Assembly: GCA_964540025.1 (NCBI GenBank)
Contig: CAZIKQ010000001.1
Span: forward strand, 31,260-95,259
From: an uncultured Schwartzia sp.
GTDB lineage: Bacteria > Bacillota > Negativicutes > Selenomonadales > Selenomonadaceae
Direction of reading: 5' to 3'
Length of the DNA: 64,000 bases
Shown here: positions 61,612 through 64,000 of the stretch, piece by piece
Layout of the letters: the number at the start of each line of letters is the position of its first letter
Position numbering within the stretch: position 1 is the stretch's first letter
The notes under the pieces: generated by a model
The model's input: only the letters and a program-made list of their open reading frames with translations
Database searches by the model: none
What the model was told of the DNA's origin: nothing
Translations under genes and position numbers: made by a program

Positions 61612-62424
61612 CTATATCACCTCAAAAGGATCAGCGGAGCCCTGTTCCTCCCTGACCTCTATTTCATAGCCCCGCCGGGTCAGCTCCTTGCTTACCTGGC
61701 CGGCAATTACCCCGGCGATGAGCTGCTCCGTAAAAAAATGTCCCGCGTCGATAACCGGCAGCCCAAGCTCCTGGGCATGGCGGGCCTCGTGATACTTTAC
61801 ATCGCCGGTCACATATACGTTTGCCCCGACGAATGCCGCCTTGTCGATAAATTCGCCCCCGGCCCCGGAGCAGACGGCCACTCTTTTCACCAGTTTCTTT
61901 TCCCTCCCGAAGGGGCGCACCAGGCGGACATGATCTGCCCCCAGCTTATCCCGTACTGCTTTGGCAAATTCCCAAAGCTCCAGCGGGGCTTCTATTTCCC
62001 CCACCCGGCCCAGGCTGTCCCCCGTATCGGTGGTCATGAATGGCTGCAGGGCCCGGAGTCCCAGCTTCTCCGCCAGAACATCGTTGACCCCGCCTTCGGT
62101 AATATCGAGATTTGTATGGGCGGCGATCACCGCGATATCCCGGGACAAAAGCTTTTGCAGCAGCCGCCCCAGAGGGAGATCCGTCCGCAGGTGCTTTTGT
62201 CCCCGAAATATTACCGGGTGATGGGCGATTATCAGGCCGCAGTCCCTTTCAATGGCCTCATCGGCCACCGATTCCAGCACGTCCAGACAAGTCATTATTT
62301 TGCTGACCCTTCGGGCGGGACTGCCCACCAGCAGGCCGGGGTTATCCCAATCCTCCGCCAGGCGCTTCGGGGCCCAGGCTTCCATTATGGCCATGACCTC
62401 CGCTACAGAACATTCCTTTTTCAT
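61612..62424 (-). CDS. Nif3-like dinuclear metal centre protein (YqfO/YbgI family)
   Basis: The start was moved to ATG 62424. The blocks are DWDNPGLLVGS, IIAHHP, AAHTNLD and GDVKYHEA. Confidence 0.85.
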   Translation of the reverse strand: MKKECSVAEVMAIMEAWAPKRLAEDWDNPGLLVGSPARRVSKIMTCLDVLESVADEAIERDCGLIIAHHPVIFRGQKHLRTDLPLGRLLQKLLSRDIAVIAAHTNLDITEGGVNDVLAEKLGLRALQPFMTTDTGDSLGRVGEIEAPLELWEFAKAVRDKLGADHVRLVRPFGREKKLVKRVAVCSGAGGEFIDKAAFVGANVYVTGDVKYHEARHAQELGLPVIDAGHFFTEQLIAGVIAGQVSKELTRRGYEIEVREEQGSADPFEVI

Positions 62425-63113
62425 ATCGATTTCTCCCATACGGCCAGTTCCTGTTTCTGCCGGAGGTATTCCGGCGAGCCTCCGGCGTTCTTTCCCTGCT
62501 CCATACCGGCAACCGCCCGGCGGAGCCGGGCGATATTTTCTTCGGCGTACTTCATCCAGAGCGCTGGCATTTTCTCTTTCAGGTATACCCCCCTTATCAG
62601 CTGTTCCTCGGGGGGAGAATATCCGGATCCGCCTGCCTTTTCAAAAGCCAGCGCCACATATAAATGCCCGTTTTCTTCGGCCAGGGACTCATCCACGATC
62701 TGCCAGCCCTCCTTGCAGAGGCTCCGCCGCACTTCGATTAAATCAGTCTGGGGCTGGAGAACGAGCCTTGGATTATTGACCAGTACCGCCCGGCCCTCAG
62801 CGAGGATATTCAGCATCAGCTTCCCGCCCATACCGGCGATGGTTATCAGCTCCGCTTCCCCCGGTGACAAGGAAGCCAGTCCGTCCCCCTGCCGGACTTC
62901 TATCAAATCCGAAAGGGTTTCGCCCAAAATGGCGCGGCGGGCAGCCTCACAGGGGCCGGTATTCTTGTCCGAGGCAATAACTTTTTTGCAGATCCCTCTC
63001 TTTACCAGCTCGATGGCCAGTCTGGCGTGATCCGTGCCGATATCCGCCCCCTGCTCATAGCTCCCTGTTCCGGCCAATTGGGCTACTGCCTCTAAACGGG
63101 GCCCTAAATTCAT
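62421..63113 (-). CDS. trmK: tRNA (adenine22-N1)-methyltransferase
   Basis: ADIGTDHARLAIELVKRGICKKVIASDKNTGP...ITIAGMGG is the TrmK/YqfN pattern. It sits in the conserved position downstream of rpoD. Confidence 0.85.
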   Translation of the reverse strand: MNLGPRLEAVAQLAGTGSYEQGADIGTDHARLAIELVKRGICKKVIASDKNTGPCEAARRAILGETLSDLIEVRQGDGLASLSPGEAELITIAGMGGKLMLNILAEGRAVLVNNPRLVLQPQTDLIEVRRSLCKEGWQIVDESLAEENGHLYVALAFEKAGGSGYSPPEEQLIRGVYLKEKMPALWMKYAEENIARLRRAVAGMEQGKNAGGSPEYLRQKQELAVWEKSI

Positions 63114-63126
63114 TCTGCTACCTCAC

Positions 63127-63219
63127 TTTATAGTGCCATCGTTCAGGAAAATGCCAAAATCATTTTCCTCTCTGCGTTCAGCGGCGATACAGATATCCTT
63201 TCCACCCTCTTAGCTGATG
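63127..63219. promoter_or_regulatory. conserved ~95-nt element, copy B
   Basis: The plus strand reads TATAGT (63129-63134), then 10 nt, then the inverted repeat AGGAAAATG-N7-CATTTTCCT (63145-63169). The tail reads GCGTTCAGCGGCGATACAGATATCCTTTCCACCCTCTTAGCTGATG. The layout and spacing are the same as in copy A at 10823-10920. Confidence 0.5.
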
Positions 63220-63282
63220 AAATAAATTAAAATGGGAGACATCCTTTCGCCGTTATCGCATAAGCATGTTTCAATATATCAA

Positions 63283-63332
63283 AAAAAACAGGAAACGCCA
63301 ACGGAATTTTTCAAATTCCGTTGGCGTCCTTT
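63283..63332. terminator. bidirectional terminator after rpoD
   Basis: 15-bp stem ACGCCAACGGAATTT / AAATTCCGTTGGCGT, flanked by A8 (T8 on the minus strand) and TTTTT on the plus strand. Confidence 0.7.
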
Positions 63333-64000
63333 TTAATCGAGAAAATCCCGGAGCTTACGGCTGCGGCTGGGATGCCGGAGCTTGCGGAGAGCCTTCGCCT
63401 CTATCTGCCGAATGCGTTCTCTCGTCACGCCGAAGCTCTGCCCTACCTCCTCAAGGGTTCTGGCCCGTCCGTCGTCAAGGCCAAAGCGCAGGCGGAGGAC
63501 TCTCTTCTCTCTGGGGGTAAGTGTGTCCAAAACCTCCTCCAGCTGTTCCTTCAGAAGGGTGAAGGAAGCGGCGTCAGCCGGCGCCGGCGCATCATGATCC
63601 TCTATGAAATCTCCCAAATGGGAATCTTCCTCTTCACCGATAGGCGTTTCCAAAGAAACCGGCTCCTGGGCGATTTTCAGGATCTCCCTGACCCGCTCCA
63701 CATTGAGATCCATCTTCTCGCCGATTTCCTCCAGGGACGGATCCCGGCCCAGCTCCTGCAGCAGCTGGCGGGATACCCTTATGAGCTTGTTGATGGTTTC
63801 CACCATGTGAACGGGGATCCGAATGGTCCTGGCCTGATCGGCGATGGCTCTGGTAATGGCCTGACGGATCCACCAGGTGGCATAGGTACTGAACTTGTAG
63901 CCCTTGTTATAATCAAATTTCTCTACGGCTTTTATCAGGCCGAGATTTCCCTCCTGAATGAGGTCAAGAAACAGCATACCCCGGCCCACGTAACGCTTGG
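63333..64000 (-). CDS. rpoD: RNA polymerase primary sigma factor (C-terminal two thirds; N-terminus beyond the window end)
   Basis: Regions 2-4 are present: [54 protein letters not shown], ...[30 protein letters not shown]. The frame stays open to base 64000. Confidence 0.93.
   Translation of the reverse strand, partial: KRYVGRGMLFLDLIQEGNLGLIKAVEKFDYNKGYKFSTYATWWIRQAITRAIADQARTIRIPVHMVETINKLIRVSRQLLQELGRDPSLEEIGEKMDLNVERVREILKIAQEPVSLETPIGEEEDSHLGDFIEDHDAPAPADAASFTLLKEQLEEVLDTLTPREKRVLRLRFGLDDGRARTLEEVGQSFGVTRERIRQIEAKALRKLRHPSRSRKLRDFLD

Noticed and set aside
60919-63240. Looked for a TPP riboswitch (CTGAGA...ACCTGATCTGGATAATGCCAGCG core) upstream of thiE/trmK and upstream of the NMT1-type ABC operon (10666-11009).
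   Set aside because: No THI-box-like sequence is present on either strand. thiE is directly abutted to nif3 and appears to be co-transcribed.

Overview
This is a 64-kb chromosomal window from a high-GC Bacillota genome that looks Clostridia-like. The supporting evidence is a class-3 FBPase, glyQS behind a T-box, rimP-nusA-ylxR-ylxQ-infB-rbfA-nrnA-truB-ribF synteny, and rpoD-trmK-nif3-thiE. About two thirds of the window is housekeeping: a partial flagellin-family gene, ctpA/M23/ftsXE, fbp, an NMT1-type ABC transporter with a guanine-deaminase-family amidohydrolase, nfo, folB, NAPRTase, metA, glyQS, a five-gene polyamine operon, tRNA-Pro(CGG), the nusA-infB region, ilvBN, a metal-binding SBP, thiE and the rpoD 3' part. 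The accessory part lies at about 16.4-35.1 kb and has three components. (i) A three-gene operon of secreted CsgG/LpoB-like and LPP20/FlgT_N-like proteins. (ii) A decayed type III toxin-antitoxin locus: consensus promoter, two degenerate ~35-nt repeats, a terminator and a frameshifted ToxN/AbiQ gene. (iii) A ~14-kb block of lower GC encoding a complete Malonomonas-type, biotin-dependent, Na+-pumping malonate decarboxylase: madA, B, C, D, E, G, H-like, mdcG, madL, madM and two madF copies. It also carries an unannotated 47-aa OadG-like subunit and an operon-internal birA. The strongest candidate for something undescribed is a HutP-family RNA-binding antiterminator gene followed by an intrinsic terminator just upstream of madA. 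Other signals are a ~350-nt promoter-to-terminator leader RNA upstream of the polyamine operon, a ~95-nt conserved promoter-plus-palindrome element present twice, and a palindromic REP/MITE-like repeat family at four sites. All calls come from reading the sequence and from remembered family signatures; no database search was run.
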